From Bacteroidales bacterium (lineage in GTDB: Bacteria > Bacteroidota > Bacteroidia > Bacteroidales > M50B96): a DNA stretch of 64,000 bases. Each line of letters starts with the position of its first letter. Position 1 is the stretch's first letter. The notes under the pieces are model-generated. The model did not search any database, was not told where the DNA came from, and saw nothing but the letters and a program-made list of their open reading frames with translations. Both the position numbers and the translations under genes were made by a program. The DNA is taken from positions 30,411-94,410 of the forward strand of contig JAGYLP010000005.1 of NCBI GenBank assembly GCA_018401015.1, read 5' to 3'. Shown piece by piece: positions 40,852 through 51,094 of this stretch.

Positions 40852-42795
40852 ATGAATCATGGCTCATTTCGATTTAAGCCAGTTGTAGTAGCAATTTTCA
40901 TCAGCCTTGCTCTGATTTATTCCTTTTTTTCCTTATCCGACAATACTCAAAAAGCCGATGAATGGACCATCCATTCACCGGCTTTTTTCATTCAACATCA
41001 ATCCTATGAGCTGGAAATTTGCTTTCCCGATACAAATATTCCCAGTCGTCCGAGTTTCCAATTCGAAAACGAAACACTTGCATACCAAACCGATTCAAGT
41101 CGATTCATACTCTCGGTTAATTTTGCCGAATCGGGAACCTTACGGCTTGTGGACCTTGAAAGTCAAGCGACCATCGCTCAAGAATCCATTCGGGTCATTC
41201 CTCTCTGGTTATCAATTCTACCTCCACTCATTGCTATTTTGTTAGCCTTATTGCTAAAAGAGGTATTCTCGGCCCTCCTCATCGGACTTTTTAGTGGCAC
41301 GTTAATCCTGGCCTGGGGTAAATCGCACCAGGGAGCTAGCATCTTTTTCCACGCCTTAAGCGATATCCCCGACGAATTCATTCTGCCCTCGCTGAGCAAT
41401 CCCGATCACCTCAGTATTTTGGTTTTCTCTCTCTTGATTGGTGCCATGGTCAAGCTAATTTCCTCCAACGGTGGAATGGAAGGCATCGTACAACGCATTA
41501 CTCCCCTCGCACGAAGCTCTGTAAGCGGTCAGTTTGCCACCTGGCTCATGGGACTCAGTATCTTTTTCGACGACTATGCCAATACACTTTTGGTAGGAAA
41601 CACCATGCGCCCCCTAAGCGACAAACTGCGCATCAGTCGTGAAAAACTCGCTTACCTCGTCGATTCGACGGCAGCTCCCATTGCTTCCATTGCCTTCATC
41701 ACAACCTGGATTGGAGCTGAACTTAGCTATATTCAGCAAGGGATCGATGAAATAGGACTCGAGCTGTCGCCTTATTCCATTTTTCTCGATTCCCTGGCTT
41801 ATTCCTTCTATCCCATACTCACCTTGCTCTTCATCCTGATAATCGTATTCAGCAAAAGGGAATATGGTCCCATGTTTACTATTGAACAAAAAGCCAGAAT
41901 TCACAATCAATCGCCTCGAATAGAAGCTATTGAGCATTCAACAAACCCCAGACAACTGGCTAAGAGCTACAATGCGCTCATTCCTGTGCTCGTGGTAGTA
42001 GGAGTCACGTTGATTGGTCTTTATCTCACCGGATCGAGTCAGCATCAGTGGGACCCGACGATTGGGATTGGCCGGAATATTTCGGCTATTCTCGCCGGGG
42101 CAAATACCTACCAGGCTTTGCTCTGGTCATCGGGGAGCGGAGTGCTGGTTGCCCTTATCCTGAGCATTAGTCAACGAATTTTCACTCTGAGCGAAAGCAT
42201 GGAAATATTAATCGAAGGACTCAAGTCGATGATGCATGCCGTAGTCATTTTGGTCTTAGCCTGGTCGCTTGCTCGTTTAACCCGTGAGCTGGAAACAGCC
42301 TCCTTCATCACCTCCGTTTTAATCAACTGGGAGGTTTCTGCCTTTTGGGTTCCGGCACTGAGTTTTATCGTTGCTGCCTTGGTTGCCTTTGCTACCGGTT
42401 CGTCGTGGGGCACAATGGCCATCCTCTACCCGCTTATGATTCCGGCAATCTGGAATCTTGGCCATCAAGCCGGGATTGATCCGGAACTGAGTTACGGGCT
42501 CTTTTTGAATGTAGTGTCGGTTATTCTCGCCGGTTCCGTTTTAGGCGATCACTGCTCACCCATTTCCGACACAACGATAATGTCGTCGCTGGCCAGTTCC
42601 TGCAACCACTTAGAGCATGTACGAACGCAATTGCCTTATGCATTAACGGTGGGAGGAGTATCGGTTTTGGCAGGAACCATTCCGGCGTCGTTTGGGATTT
42701 CTACCTGGTTTCTTTTCCCGGTAGCCTTACTTCTGCTGATTGGAATAGTGTTCTTACTCGGAAAACCGGTAAGCACTTATCAGCATTATAAATAA
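40852..42795 (+). CDS. NhaC-family Na+/H+ antiporter-like transporter with N-terminal extracytoplasmic domain
   Basis: FFDDYAN, SREKLAYLVDSTAAP, TGSSWGT, GDHCSPISDTT, HV.TQLPYA. Confidence 0.9.
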   Translation: MNHGSFRFKPVVVAIFISLALIYSFFSLSDNTQKADEWTIHSPAFFIQHQSYELEICFPDTNIPSRPSFQFENETLAYQTDSSRFILSVNFAESGTLRLVDLESQATIAQESIRVIPLWLSILPPLIAILLALLLKEVFSALLIGLFSGTLILAWGKSHQGASIFFHALSDIPDEFILPSLSNPDHLSILVFSLLIGAMVKLISSNGGMEGIVQRITPLARSSVSGQFATWLMGLSIFFDDYANTLLVGNTMRPLSDKLRISREKLAYLVDSTAAPIASIAFITTWIGAELSYIQQGIDEIGLELSPYSIFLDSLAYSFYPILTLLFILIIVFSKREYGPMFTIEQKARIHNQSPRIEAIEHSTNPRQLAKSYNALIPVLVVVGVTLIGLYLTGSSQHQWDPTIGIGRNISAILAGANTYQALLWSSGSGVLVALILSISQRIFTLSESMEILIEGLKSMMHAVVILVLAWSLARLTRELETASFITSVLINWEVSAFWVPALSFIVAALVAFATGSSWGTMAILYPLMIPAIWNLGHQAGIDPELSYGLFLNVVSVILAGSVLGDHCSPISDTTIMSSLASSCNHLEHVRTQLPYALTVGGVSVLAGTIPASFGISTWFLFPVALLLLIGIVFLLGKPVSTYQHYK

Positions 42796-43547
42796 TTCTT
42801 AATCGAATAGGCGTAATAGGTAAACCATTCGCGAATAAGCTGATACCAGCCTGTGAGCGCGGTGGGTTGAGGGATAATTGCCTGATACAGTTTCTTTGCT
42901 TCTGCCACTCCTTGGTGTTCGATGGGGTAAACCATAACTTCGATTCGCTGATTATAGAAAGTTTCGTAAGCTCGTTTGGCTTCGAGAGCTGGAGCAATGA
43001 TTAATATCCGATAATTGGAATCGATACTATCGAGTAATGCTTTCGTGTTTACGGCGCTCTCATAAATAGTTCGAGCTTCGGTTTCGAGGGTAATCTTCCT
43101 GCGAGAAACGTCGGCTGAAAGCAAAAATGCCTGCAGCTTTTCAGCATTTGAGAGGGTATCGGAAAATAACCGGGTTGTTTTCCCACTGATTAGAAATTCC
43201 TTCACCACCCTATTCTCCTGTAATTCCATCATCTTCAACACAGCAGAAGCATTCTCTCCTAATGAAAAAAGGGCTTTTTTAGGTTGATAAATCATTTCCT
43301 TGGCAAAGACATATCCATAGTCGAAACGTTGGTTTAACTGAGCTGTATCGATGGCTGGCTGCTCCCATTTGCCACGCATACTTCGGTATAAATAATCGTT
43401 CGAGAATACCAGCAGCAGGATAAATGCCCACAACAAGCTTTTACTTTTAAGAGCCGGTTTTTTAGAAAGGACTCCTTTTAGCAGGAGTAAAACAATCCAA
43501 AACAAGGGAGAGAGCAGGAAAGATAAGAGTTGAGAAAGAATAAACAT
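42786..43547 (-). CDS. YdcF/DUF218 family membrane-anchored protein (degenerate motifs)
   Basis: N-terminal TM helices, LISG, E..ART.YESA, REW near the C-terminus. Confidence 0.72.
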   Translation of the reverse strand: MFILSQLLSFLLSPLFWIVLLLLKGVLSKKPALKSKSLLWAFILLLVFSNDYLYRSMRGKWEQPAIDTAQLNQRFDYGYVFAKEMIYQPKKALFSLGENASAVLKMMELQENRVVKEFLISGKTTRLFSDTLSNAEKLQAFLLSADVSRRKITLETEARTIYESAVNTKALLDSIDSNYRILIIAPALEAKRAYETFYNQRIEVMVYPIEHQGVAEAKKLYQAIIPQPTALTGWYQLIREWFTYYAYSIKNYL

Positions 43548-43625
43548 AACAGCTATTTTTCACCAAATGTAAATACCTTCCCCTATTTATCAAGAAGACC
43601 AGGAAAAAGAAATCAACAAAATAAT

Positions 43626-45080
43626 TCAGTTTTTCGAAGGCAGGAACCGAACCAACCAGAGGCCTATGTAGGTGATAAATCCATTCAGAATTAACAATTC
43701 AAAACTCATTTCGTAGGAGTAGGTGGTTTGCAAAAACAGTTTAATGAACCAGGATAATACAGGCGATAGAATGGCAATTACAGGTACCAACCGGTCGTTG
43801 GTCGGAAGCTTGGTAAACAAACCGTAAGCATACAAACCCAAAAGCGGACCATAAGTATAGCCGGCCACGGTAAAAATTGCTGCAATGACACTTTCGTCTT
43901 GAATTGCATGAAAGATGAGGATTACCACAAAGAGAGCAACCGAGATACCGGCGTGGACCCATTTACGCACGCGGGTTTGTTTGGCTTCGTTCTGGTATCG
44001 GTCTATTTCCAGAATATCGACCGAGAAAGAGGTTGTAAGAGAGGTTAAGGCAGAATCGGCGCTGGAATAAGCTGCAGCGAGTAGCCCCAGTAAAAAGATG
44101 ATAGCCAGGTAATCGGGGAAAAAACCTCCGGTTGCAATGAGTGGGAAAAGATGATCGGCTTTAGCAGGTAATTCCAGCGAAACCTGATCGGCGTAGAGGT
44201 AAAGCAATGCTCCCAGACCCAAAAAGAGCAGATTCACGGGTAATAATGCCAAACTGAACCAATACATATTTTTTTGAGCGTCTTTTAGGGTGCGGCAACT
44301 TAGATTCTTTTGCATCATATCCTGATCTAAACCCGTCATTACGATGGTGATAAACATTCCGGCAAAGAACTGTTTGAAAAAATAGGTTCCTGCCAGGGGA
44401 TCGTCGAAGAAAAAGATGCGAGAATATTCACTTCCCTGAATTAGTCGAAGCGTTGACTGGAATCCGAAACCGGTTTCGGCCGAAATGAAGTAAACACTCA
44501 GAGCAACAGCCCCTAGCATGAAAATGGTTTGTAAGGTATCGGTCCAAATGATGGTTTTAATCCCCCCGCGGAAGGTGTAAAGGAAAATGAGCAAAATGGT
44601 AATAAGCACCAAGAGGGCAAAGGGAACATTCCAGGATTCAGGCAACACCAGCTGAAAAGTGATCGCCACCAGATACAAACGAAAAGAGGCACCAATGATT
44701 CTTGATAGTAAAAAGAAGGAAGCTCCTGTTTTATACGATGTTCGTCCTAAGCGCTCGTGAAGGTAGGTGTAAATACTGGTTAACTGTAAGCGATAGTAAA
44801 GCGGAAGAAGCACATGGATTATCACAACATAGCCCAGCAAATAGCCTAATACCATTTGCATGTACGAGAACTGAGAACTACCCACCCAACCGGGAGCAGA
44901 AATAAACGTAACTCCCGATAAGGAAGCGCCAATCATGCCAAAAGCCACTATATACCATGGCGACTTCCGGTTTCCCAGGAAAAAGGACAAATTCCCGGCA
45001 TTCCTTCCGGTTAATTGGGCAATGAGAATGAGCATTCCGAAATAAATCGCAACCGTTGCAAGTAAAACCCAGGGATTCAT
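43626..45080 (-). CDS. Sodium:solute symporter (SSS family)
   Basis: FFLGNRKSPW, GASLSGVTFIS, GLDQDMMQKNL, AYSSADSAL. Confidence 0.93.
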   Translation of the reverse strand: MNPWVLLATVAIYFGMLILIAQLTGRNAGNLSFFLGNRKSPWYIVAFGMIGASLSGVTFISAPGWVGSSQFSYMQMVLGYLLGYVVIIHVLLPLYYRLQLTSIYTYLHERLGRTSYKTGASFFLLSRIIGASFRLYLVAITFQLVLPESWNVPFALLVLITILLIFLYTFRGGIKTIIWTDTLQTIFMLGAVALSVYFISAETGFGFQSTLRLIQGSEYSRIFFFDDPLAGTYFFKQFFAGMFITIVMTGLDQDMMQKNLSCRTLKDAQKNMYWFSLALLPVNLLFLGLGALLYLYADQVSLELPAKADHLFPLIATGGFFPDYLAIIFLLGLLAAAYSSADSALTSLTTSFSVDILEIDRYQNEAKQTRVRKWVHAGISVALFVVILIFHAIQDESVIAAIFTVAGYTYGPLLGLYAYGLFTKLPTNDRLVPVIAILSPVLSWFIKLFLQTTYSYEMSFELLILNGFITYIGLWLVRFLPSKN

Positions 45081-45199
45081 AGCTAAATTTTTCAGCAAAT
45101 CAACGATAAGTTTCCCGCTCATGCAATTCCCCCATTAGCCAATTATTAATGGATTGTTAACAAAGGCTTATCAAAGCCATTTTTACAACATATAAAATT

Positions 45200-45232
45200 T
45201 TAGGTACTGAATTACTTAATTAGCTATTTTTG
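45200..45232 (+). promoter_or_regulatory. Palindromic operator TTAGGTA-CTGAAT-TACTTAA (45200-45219) and -7 element TATTTTTG (45225-45232)
   Basis: Palindrome inside the promoter of the PepSY_TM-rrf2 operon; matches the sites at 30747 and 30838. Confidence 0.7.
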
Positions 45233-45252
45233 ATGCCACAATTCAGCACACT

Positions 45253-46773
45253 ATGAACTTTCTACGAAAATTACATAAATGGGCAGGCGTATTGGTTGCC
45301 CTCTTCATCATTATCTTTTCCGTTTCGGGAATTATCATGAATCACCGGGACTTTTTCTCCCCTGTTTCTGTGTCGCGCGGATGGATGCCGGAGGAATACC
45401 GCTACCAAAATTGGAACAATGCATCGGTTAAATCGGCCTGTCGAACCGACGAGGGCTATTTGTTCTACGGCAACTTGGGAACGTGGCACTTCAATTCGAG
45501 TCTCACGCAGTACGAAAAGGTTCAGTTTGGAGAGAAGCCCGGCATTGACCGACAAAAAACGCAAAAAATCATCCGAGCCTCGAACGGAAATTACTATGCC
45601 TGCGGGTTATTTGGTTTGTATTATTCCACCGATGGAGCCAAAAGTTGGGAGGAAATTGAATTACCAACTCACGAAAAGATCATTGACTTGACGTCCGACG
45701 AGACCAGAGTTTACGTTCTAAGCCGGAGCGAACTTTTTCATTTGGATCAAAACACTCATCAACTTCGCGCCTATCAGCCTGCCACGCCAGCCGATTACGA
45801 TAACAAAATTGGATTATTCCGCACTCTTTGGGAGATTCATAGTGGCGAATTCATTGGGTTACCGGGTAAGTTGCTGGTCGATTTAATGGGTCTAATTTTC
45901 CTGGCACTTAGCATTACCGGTATCGTCTATTTTGTTGCTCCACATGCAATGAAACGTTCTGCATCAAAGGTAAAAAAGAAGTGGGGCAAGGCCCGGCGTT
46001 TCAGTTTAAAATGGCACAATTGGTTAGGGGTTTATCCCGTTGTTTTCCTGCTTATTACGACCATAACAGGCATGTTCTTGCGGCCTCCGCTACTTATCCC
46101 CATTGCCAATCAGAAAGTAAATAAACTTCCATTCACGCATCTAGATCATCCAAATCCGTGGTACGATCAGCTTCGAAGCATTTATTACGATACGAGTTAC
46201 GATGCACTTGTATTAGGCACTTCGAATGGTTTTTATTACAGCAAACCCGATGCATCCGAACTGTACAAAATACCGATTCAGCCTCCGGTTAGCGTAATGG
46301 GCGTGAACGTGTTTGAGAAGACGCCGGAAGGTAACTACCTGGTTGGTTCGTTTTCGGGTTTATTCGAGTGGAATCCGATGAAAGGCATCGTATTCGACCG
46401 CATGGAAAATCGGCCTTATCGTGCTGTAAGTCAACAAGGACCACCCATTGGAGCGCATGTAATTGCCGGCTATTTTAAAGATCGGTCTGGGGAAGAGTGG
46501 GTATTCGATTACTCAGCAGGTGTAAAATCTTTAGGATCGCGACAAACGTTTATTCCCATGCCAGCTCTTTTGGAAGCCTCTCCTATGTCGTTGTGGAACC
46601 TTGCCCTGGAGTTTCATACCGCACGATTCTATCAATTCATGCTGGGTCCTGCCTATATTTTGATAGTGCCACTCGTTGGTTTGATTATTATATTACTTTT
46701 GGTTTCCGGAATCCTCGTTTGGATTCGCTATCACACTGGTAAAAAGAAAAGTAGAGTTAATTCCCATGAGTAA
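45253..46773 (+). CDS. PepSY-associated TM-helix membrane protein
   Basis: RKLHKW.G, SG..NH, LWEIHSG, WHNWLG, TGMFLRPP, LEFHTAR; four TM helices; Asp-box STDGAKSW. Confidence 0.85.
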   Translation: MNFLRKLHKWAGVLVALFIIIFSVSGIIMNHRDFFSPVSVSRGWMPEEYRYQNWNNASVKSACRTDEGYLFYGNLGTWHFNSSLTQYEKVQFGEKPGIDRQKTQKIIRASNGNYYACGLFGLYYSTDGAKSWEEIELPTHEKIIDLTSDETRVYVLSRSELFHLDQNTHQLRAYQPATPADYDNKIGLFRTLWEIHSGEFIGLPGKLLVDLMGLIFLALSITGIVYFVAPHAMKRSASKVKKKWGKARRFSLKWHNWLGVYPVVFLLITTITGMFLRPPLLIPIANQKVNKLPFTHLDHPNPWYDQLRSIYYDTSYDALVLGTSNGFYYSKPDASELYKIPIQPPVSVMGVNVFEKTPEGNYLVGSFSGLFEWNPMKGIVFDRMENRPYRAVSQQGPPIGAHVIAGYFKDRSGEEWVFDYSAGVKSLGSRQTFIPMPALLEASPMSLWNLALEFHTARFYQFMLGPAYILIVPLVGLIIILLLVSGILVWIRYHTGKKKSRVNSHE

Positions 46774-47164
46774 CATTGTTCACCTTTCCGAAGCAGCCTC
46801 GATTGGATTGCACGCCCTAATTATTATTGCCAAAGCCGACGGAATGGTTAATGTGCAAACAATTGCCGATTTGACCGGCTCATCGCGACATCATATTGCT
46901 AAGGTGATGCAACGCCTAACCCGCGAAAACCTCATCGCATCTTCGCGCGGACCAAGCGGTGGTTTCGAACTCTTACGTGCACCCGAAGAAATAACCCTTC
47001 TCGAGATTTTTGAGGCCATCGAAGGGAAAATGACTATTCCCAGATGCCCGGCCGATCATAAGGTGTGCCCGTTCGATAAATGTTTGCTCGATAATGTAAC
47101 CCAAAAAATGGCACTCGATTTCTTGGCTTATGTTAAAGACAAGACCGTAAAAGACTACCTCTAA
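46766..47164 (+). CDS. Rrf2 family transcriptional regulator with three C-terminal Cys
   Basis: HHIAKVMQRL, RGPSGGF, ITLLEIFEAIEG, CPADHKVCPFDKC; overlaps the upstream gene by 8 nt. Confidence 0.93.
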   Translation: MSNIVHLSEAASIGLHALIIIAKADGMVNVQTIADLTGSSRHHIAKVMQRLTRENLIASSRGPSGGFELLRAPEEITLLEIFEAIEGKMTIPRCPADHKVCPFDKCLLDNVTQKMALDFLAYVKDKTVKDYL

Positions 47165-47171
47165 GCACCGT

Positions 47172-49196
47172 TTAGGCTCCCTCGACTTTTCTTCGAAATA
47201 CCTGAACACTCCGATTCACATTATAAATCCGCATGCGATTCTGACCTTTATCCCGATCGTAAAAAGAAGGATAACGGATACTCGTATCCACTCGGTTAAA
47301 CCCACCATATTCACTGGCGTCGGAGGTTAGAATCAGCTCGTAATTGCCGGCATCGGGAACATAAAACTCGTAGTCCATTATAGAGCTGAAAATATGGAAA
47401 TTAAACACAAAGATGAGCCCGGCTCGTTGGAAAATAAGTGTTTTATTCCAATCGTCGTTGTTCAACAGTTGGGGATAATCCGATTGCATTACGCGGTGCT
47501 CACTAACCAGTTTCAGCATATCGCTATCCCATTGAGCCAGGAAACGGTACCGGAGCTCGTGATTTTGGACCAACGACCATTGCCTGCGTGCATAATGATA
47601 GCTCCAATTATTCCCTTCGCGCGGAAAATCAATCCATTCGGGATGACCAAATTCATTCCCCATGAAATTCATGTACGCATCGCCCCCTAAAACAAGAGTA
47701 ATAAACCGAATCATTTTGTGTAAGGCTATTCCCCGATCGATAACCGGGTGTGGATCGTCCACGCGCATGTGATAATACATTTCCTGATCCATCAGCCTAA
47801 AAGCAAGCGTTTTATCACCAACAAGTGCTTGATCGTGCGATTCGGCATAAGCGATGGTTGGGGTATCGAATTTTCGATTCAACAAGGTTTCATAAAGCTG
47901 ATACAGATTCCAGTCTTCGTCCCGTTGTTCCTTTAAAATTTTTATCCAGTAATCGGGTATCCCCATACCTAAGCGATAATCGAATCCTATTCCACCGTGA
48001 TGAATCGGAGCACATAGTCCGGGCATTCCGGTAACATCTTCGGCTATGCTGATAGCACCTTTCTTAACCTGATGAATTAATTTATTGGCTAGCTGTAAGT
48101 AAATCAAGGCATCGAATTCCACTCCTTTGGTAAAGAACTTTTCCTGATCGAACGGACCATCGTGTCCATGATGCCAATACATCATTGAGCCAACTCCGTC
48201 GAACCGAAAACCATCGAAGTGAAATTCTTTCATCCAATAATGAATATTGGAAAGCAAGAACTGAAGAACTTCTGTTTTGCCATAATCGAATAACTTACTA
48301 TCCCAATCGGGGTGCTCGCCACGAGGCCCGGCATGAAAATACTGATAATCGGTACCATCGAACTGATTCAACCCTTCGTTTATATTCTTAATAGCATGAG
48401 AATGAACCAAGTCCATAATAACAGCCAATCCTAATTCATGAGCAGTTTGAATCAATGATTTCAGTTCGGTGGGTGTTCCAAATCGGGAACTGGGCGCAAA
48501 AAAATTCGACACATGATAACCAAAGCTACCATAGTAAGGATGTTCAGCAATAGCCATTAACTGAATGGCATTATATCCGGCCGCTTTAATTCCTGGGAGC
48601 AAAGATTCAAACTCCGCATACGTTCCCACCCCATAGGTTTCCTGTGCCATGCCAATATGCGCTTCGTAAATGAGCAGATTACCTCTTTCCGGAAGATTCG
48701 GTTTCTTGCGTCCCCATTTGAACGAATCTTCCTCCCAGTACTGAGCTGCAAAATCGCGGGTTTCTTCATCCTGAACCACCCGAAAAGCATAGGCTGGGAT
48801 TCGGTAATCAACTCCACGTGCCGAGTGCACAATCACTTTATATTTTCCCAAATGCTGCCAACAATCTTTGTATTCTTTATAAGGTAAGCGAATTTCCCAG
48901 TTTCCATTTTCGATTCGATTCAATGGATGCGAATGTGGATTCCATTGGTTGAAGTCGCCGGTTAAATACAGCGCATGAGCCTCGGGAGCCCACTCACGAT
49001 ACACCCAGGATTCACTTTCGGTATCCGGATGCACCCCATAGTATTGGTAAGCCGATGCAAAACGAGTCAAACTTCCATAGTCCGATTCAATTTGATTCAA
49101 GCGAGTTTTGAATCGCTCATAGCGAGCATACACTTCGTCGGCCACCGGCTCAAGCCAGGGATCGTTCTTAACCAGGGTCATTATTTTTTGTGCCAT
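47172..49196 (-). CDS. glgB: 1,4-alpha-glucan branching enzyme (GH13, eukaryote-like type)
   Basis: YREWAP, IYEAHIGM, EHPYYGSFGYHV, DGFRFDG, IAEDV, YAESHDQALVGDKT, NEFGHPEWIDFPR. Confidence 0.93.
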   Translation of the reverse strand: MAQKIMTLVKNDPWLEPVADEVYARYERFKTRLNQIESDYGSLTRFASAYQYYGVHPDTESESWVYREWAPEAHALYLTGDFNQWNPHSHPLNRIENGNWEIRLPYKEYKDCWQHLGKYKVIVHSARGVDYRIPAYAFRVVQDEETRDFAAQYWEEDSFKWGRKKPNLPERGNLLIYEAHIGMAQETYGVGTYAEFESLLPGIKAAGYNAIQLMAIAEHPYYGSFGYHVSNFFAPSSRFGTPTELKSLIQTAHELGLAVIMDLVHSHAIKNINEGLNQFDGTDYQYFHAGPRGEHPDWDSKLFDYGKTEVLQFLLSNIHYWMKEFHFDGFRFDGVGSMMYWHHGHDGPFDQEKFFTKGVEFDALIYLQLANKLIHQVKKGAISIAEDVTGMPGLCAPIHHGGIGFDYRLGMGIPDYWIKILKEQRDEDWNLYQLYETLLNRKFDTPTIAYAESHDQALVGDKTLAFRLMDQEMYYHMRVDDPHPVIDRGIALHKMIRFITLVLGGDAYMNFMGNEFGHPEWIDFPREGNNWSYHYARRQWSLVQNHELRYRFLAQWDSDMLKLVSEHRVMQSDYPQLLNNDDWNKTLIFQRAGLIFVFNFHIFSSIMDYEFYVPDAGNYELILTSDASEYGGFNRVDTSIRYPSFYDRDKGQNRMRIYNVNRSVQVFRRKVEGA

Positions 49197-49348
49197 ATCG
49201 GTTGTTTTTTGCTGCTGAACTGCTTGGGGGGAATAACCAGCAGTAAGCTACAGTTAAGCTTCTTTAAGAAACCAAAGATACCAAATAAAGCTACTTGGCA
49301 TTGCCCTTCGTGAAAGACTTTTTATCTTGCGCGACCGACAAAATTCCT

Positions 49349-50887
49349 ATGAATATGGCTAGAAAAAGAGGGTCAGTTTTATCGCTGTTTTTAAACTTCA
49401 TCGAAAAGGGAGGGAATGCCCTTCCCCACCCCGGGACCTTGTTTGCGATCTTAGCAGGTCTTGTACTAATCTTTTCAGCAATAGGTCATTACCTCGACTG
49501 GACCGTTATCCATCCGGCTACTGGCGAGAGCATCCACACGGTCAATTTATTATCGCGCGACGGGATTCATCACATCCTTCTTACCATGGTAAGTCACTAC
49601 ACCGGATTCGCTCCGTTGGGAATTGTGATGGTTGCCCTTTTGGGAATTGGGATTGCCGAGGCCAGCGGACTGATTAGCGCAGCCATTCGACTGCTCATCT
49701 TTAAGGCTCCGCCACGTTCCATTACCTTCGTAATTGTTATGTCGGGCATTATTTCCAACATGGCATCCGACTTGGGCTACCTGCTCATTATTCCAATGGC
49801 CGGAATCATTTTTCACTCATTAGGCCGACATCCGATTGCCGGAATGGCAGCAGCTTTTGCCGGGGTTTCGGGCGGATTCAGTGCCAATCTCTTTATCGGA
49901 ACCATCGACCCCTTGCTGGCAGGTTTAAGCAGCGAAGCCGCTCAAATTATCGATCCCGAGTATGTGGTTCTCCCTACAGCCAATTTCTATTTCATGTTTG
50001 TATCTACCTTTATCATTGCTTTCGCAGCTACCTGGGTAACGTCCAAATTTGTTGAGCCCCGCTTAGGCAGCTATTCGGGTCAAGCAGAGGCAGAAGCCAT
50101 GAATCCGCTTACACCGCTCGAGAAAAAAGCGTTATGGTACACCATTGGAGTAGTGATAATTTGGGGATTGCTCATTTTTTGGGGATTGTATCCCTCCGAA
50201 GGATTCCTGCGAGGCCCGGAGAATTCAGTTTTGCGCTCCCCTGTTCTTAAAGGGTTTATTGCCTTCTTATTCCTCATTGCCGGAACAATGGGAATTGTTT
50301 ATGGAGCCATTACCGGTAAGTTCAAAAACGATAAAGATGTCATTAAAGGAATGGTCGAAAGCTTCAAAACCCTTTCAGCATTTCTGGTATTGGTCTTCTT
50401 TGCCTCGCAATTTGTAGCCTTTTTTAAAGAAAGTAATTTGGGGCTGGTCATCGCCGTGAAAGGAGCCAGCTTATTGCAGGAGGCACAAATCGGGATGATT
50501 CCATTGCTCATATTATTCATCCTGCTTTCAGGATTTATCAACCTGTTTATGGGTAGCGCTTCGGCGAAATGGGCCATACTCGGACCTGTGTTCATTCCTA
50601 TGTTTATGCTTTTAGGCTATTCACCAGAGCTTTCGCAGGCAGTGTTTCGGATTGGCGACAGTGTAACGAATATTATTTCGCCCATGATGAGCTTTTTTGC
50701 CCTGATTATTGTCTATTTTGAAAAATACGACGAGGATGCCGGCCTTGGGACCATTATCAGTACCATGATACCATACACCCTGGTTTTCACTGTATTGTGG
50801 AGTATTCTGCTCGTTGCATGGACCAGCTTCGGCTTGCCGCTGGGACCCGGAGCTCCGATCTACTACGAAGGGGTAATCGGATACTAG
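49349..50887 (+). CDS. AbgT family transporter
   Basis: IEK.GN.LPHP, FAPLG, GRHPIAG, GFSAN, GSASAKW, RIGDS.TNII.P, GLPLGPG. Confidence 0.93.
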   Translation: MNMARKRGSVLSLFLNFIEKGGNALPHPGTLFAILAGLVLIFSAIGHYLDWTVIHPATGESIHTVNLLSRDGIHHILLTMVSHYTGFAPLGIVMVALLGIGIAEASGLISAAIRLLIFKAPPRSITFVIVMSGIISNMASDLGYLLIIPMAGIIFHSLGRHPIAGMAAAFAGVSGGFSANLFIGTIDPLLAGLSSEAAQIIDPEYVVLPTANFYFMFVSTFIIAFAATWVTSKFVEPRLGSYSGQAEAEAMNPLTPLEKKALWYTIGVVIIWGLLIFWGLYPSEGFLRGPENSVLRSPVLKGFIAFLFLIAGTMGIVYGAITGKFKNDKDVIKGMVESFKTLSAFLVLVFFASQFVAFFKESNLGLVIAVKGASLLQEAQIGMIPLLILFILLSGFINLFMGSASAKWAILGPVFIPMFMLLGYSPELSQAVFRIGDSVTNIISPMMSFFALIIVYFEKYDEDAGLGTIISTMIPYTLVFTVLWSILLVAWTSFGLPLGPGAPIYYEGVIGY

Positions 50888-51094
50888 TTATCCACCACTG
50901 AGTAATCGAATCACCCGTAAATCATCTCCTTGTTTTAAGGAGATTGCCGACCGTTTTTCACTTGGAATGAACTCGTTGTTGAGAAAGCTTAGTAAGTAAA
51001 CTTGATGCGGAAAATGCATTTGAATCACTTCCTCCAGATTAGCCAATTCCTGAGTTAGGCTCATTTCTTTCCCGTTAATGAAGATTGCTATCAT
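50888..51094 (-). CDS. ThiS/MoaD-like ubiquitin-fold sulfur carrier
   Basis: 68 aa; I.INGK, LNNEFIP, L..GD, C-terminal SGG. Confidence 0.85.
   Translation of the reverse strand: MIAIFINGKEMSLTQELANLEEVIQMHFPHQVYLLSFLNNEFIPSEKRSAISLKQGDDLRVIRLLSGG

Noticed and set aside
47172-49196. Eukaryote-to-bacterium transfer of glgB
   Set aside because: Eukaryote-like branching enzymes are the usual type in Bacteroidota; no sign of recent transfer.
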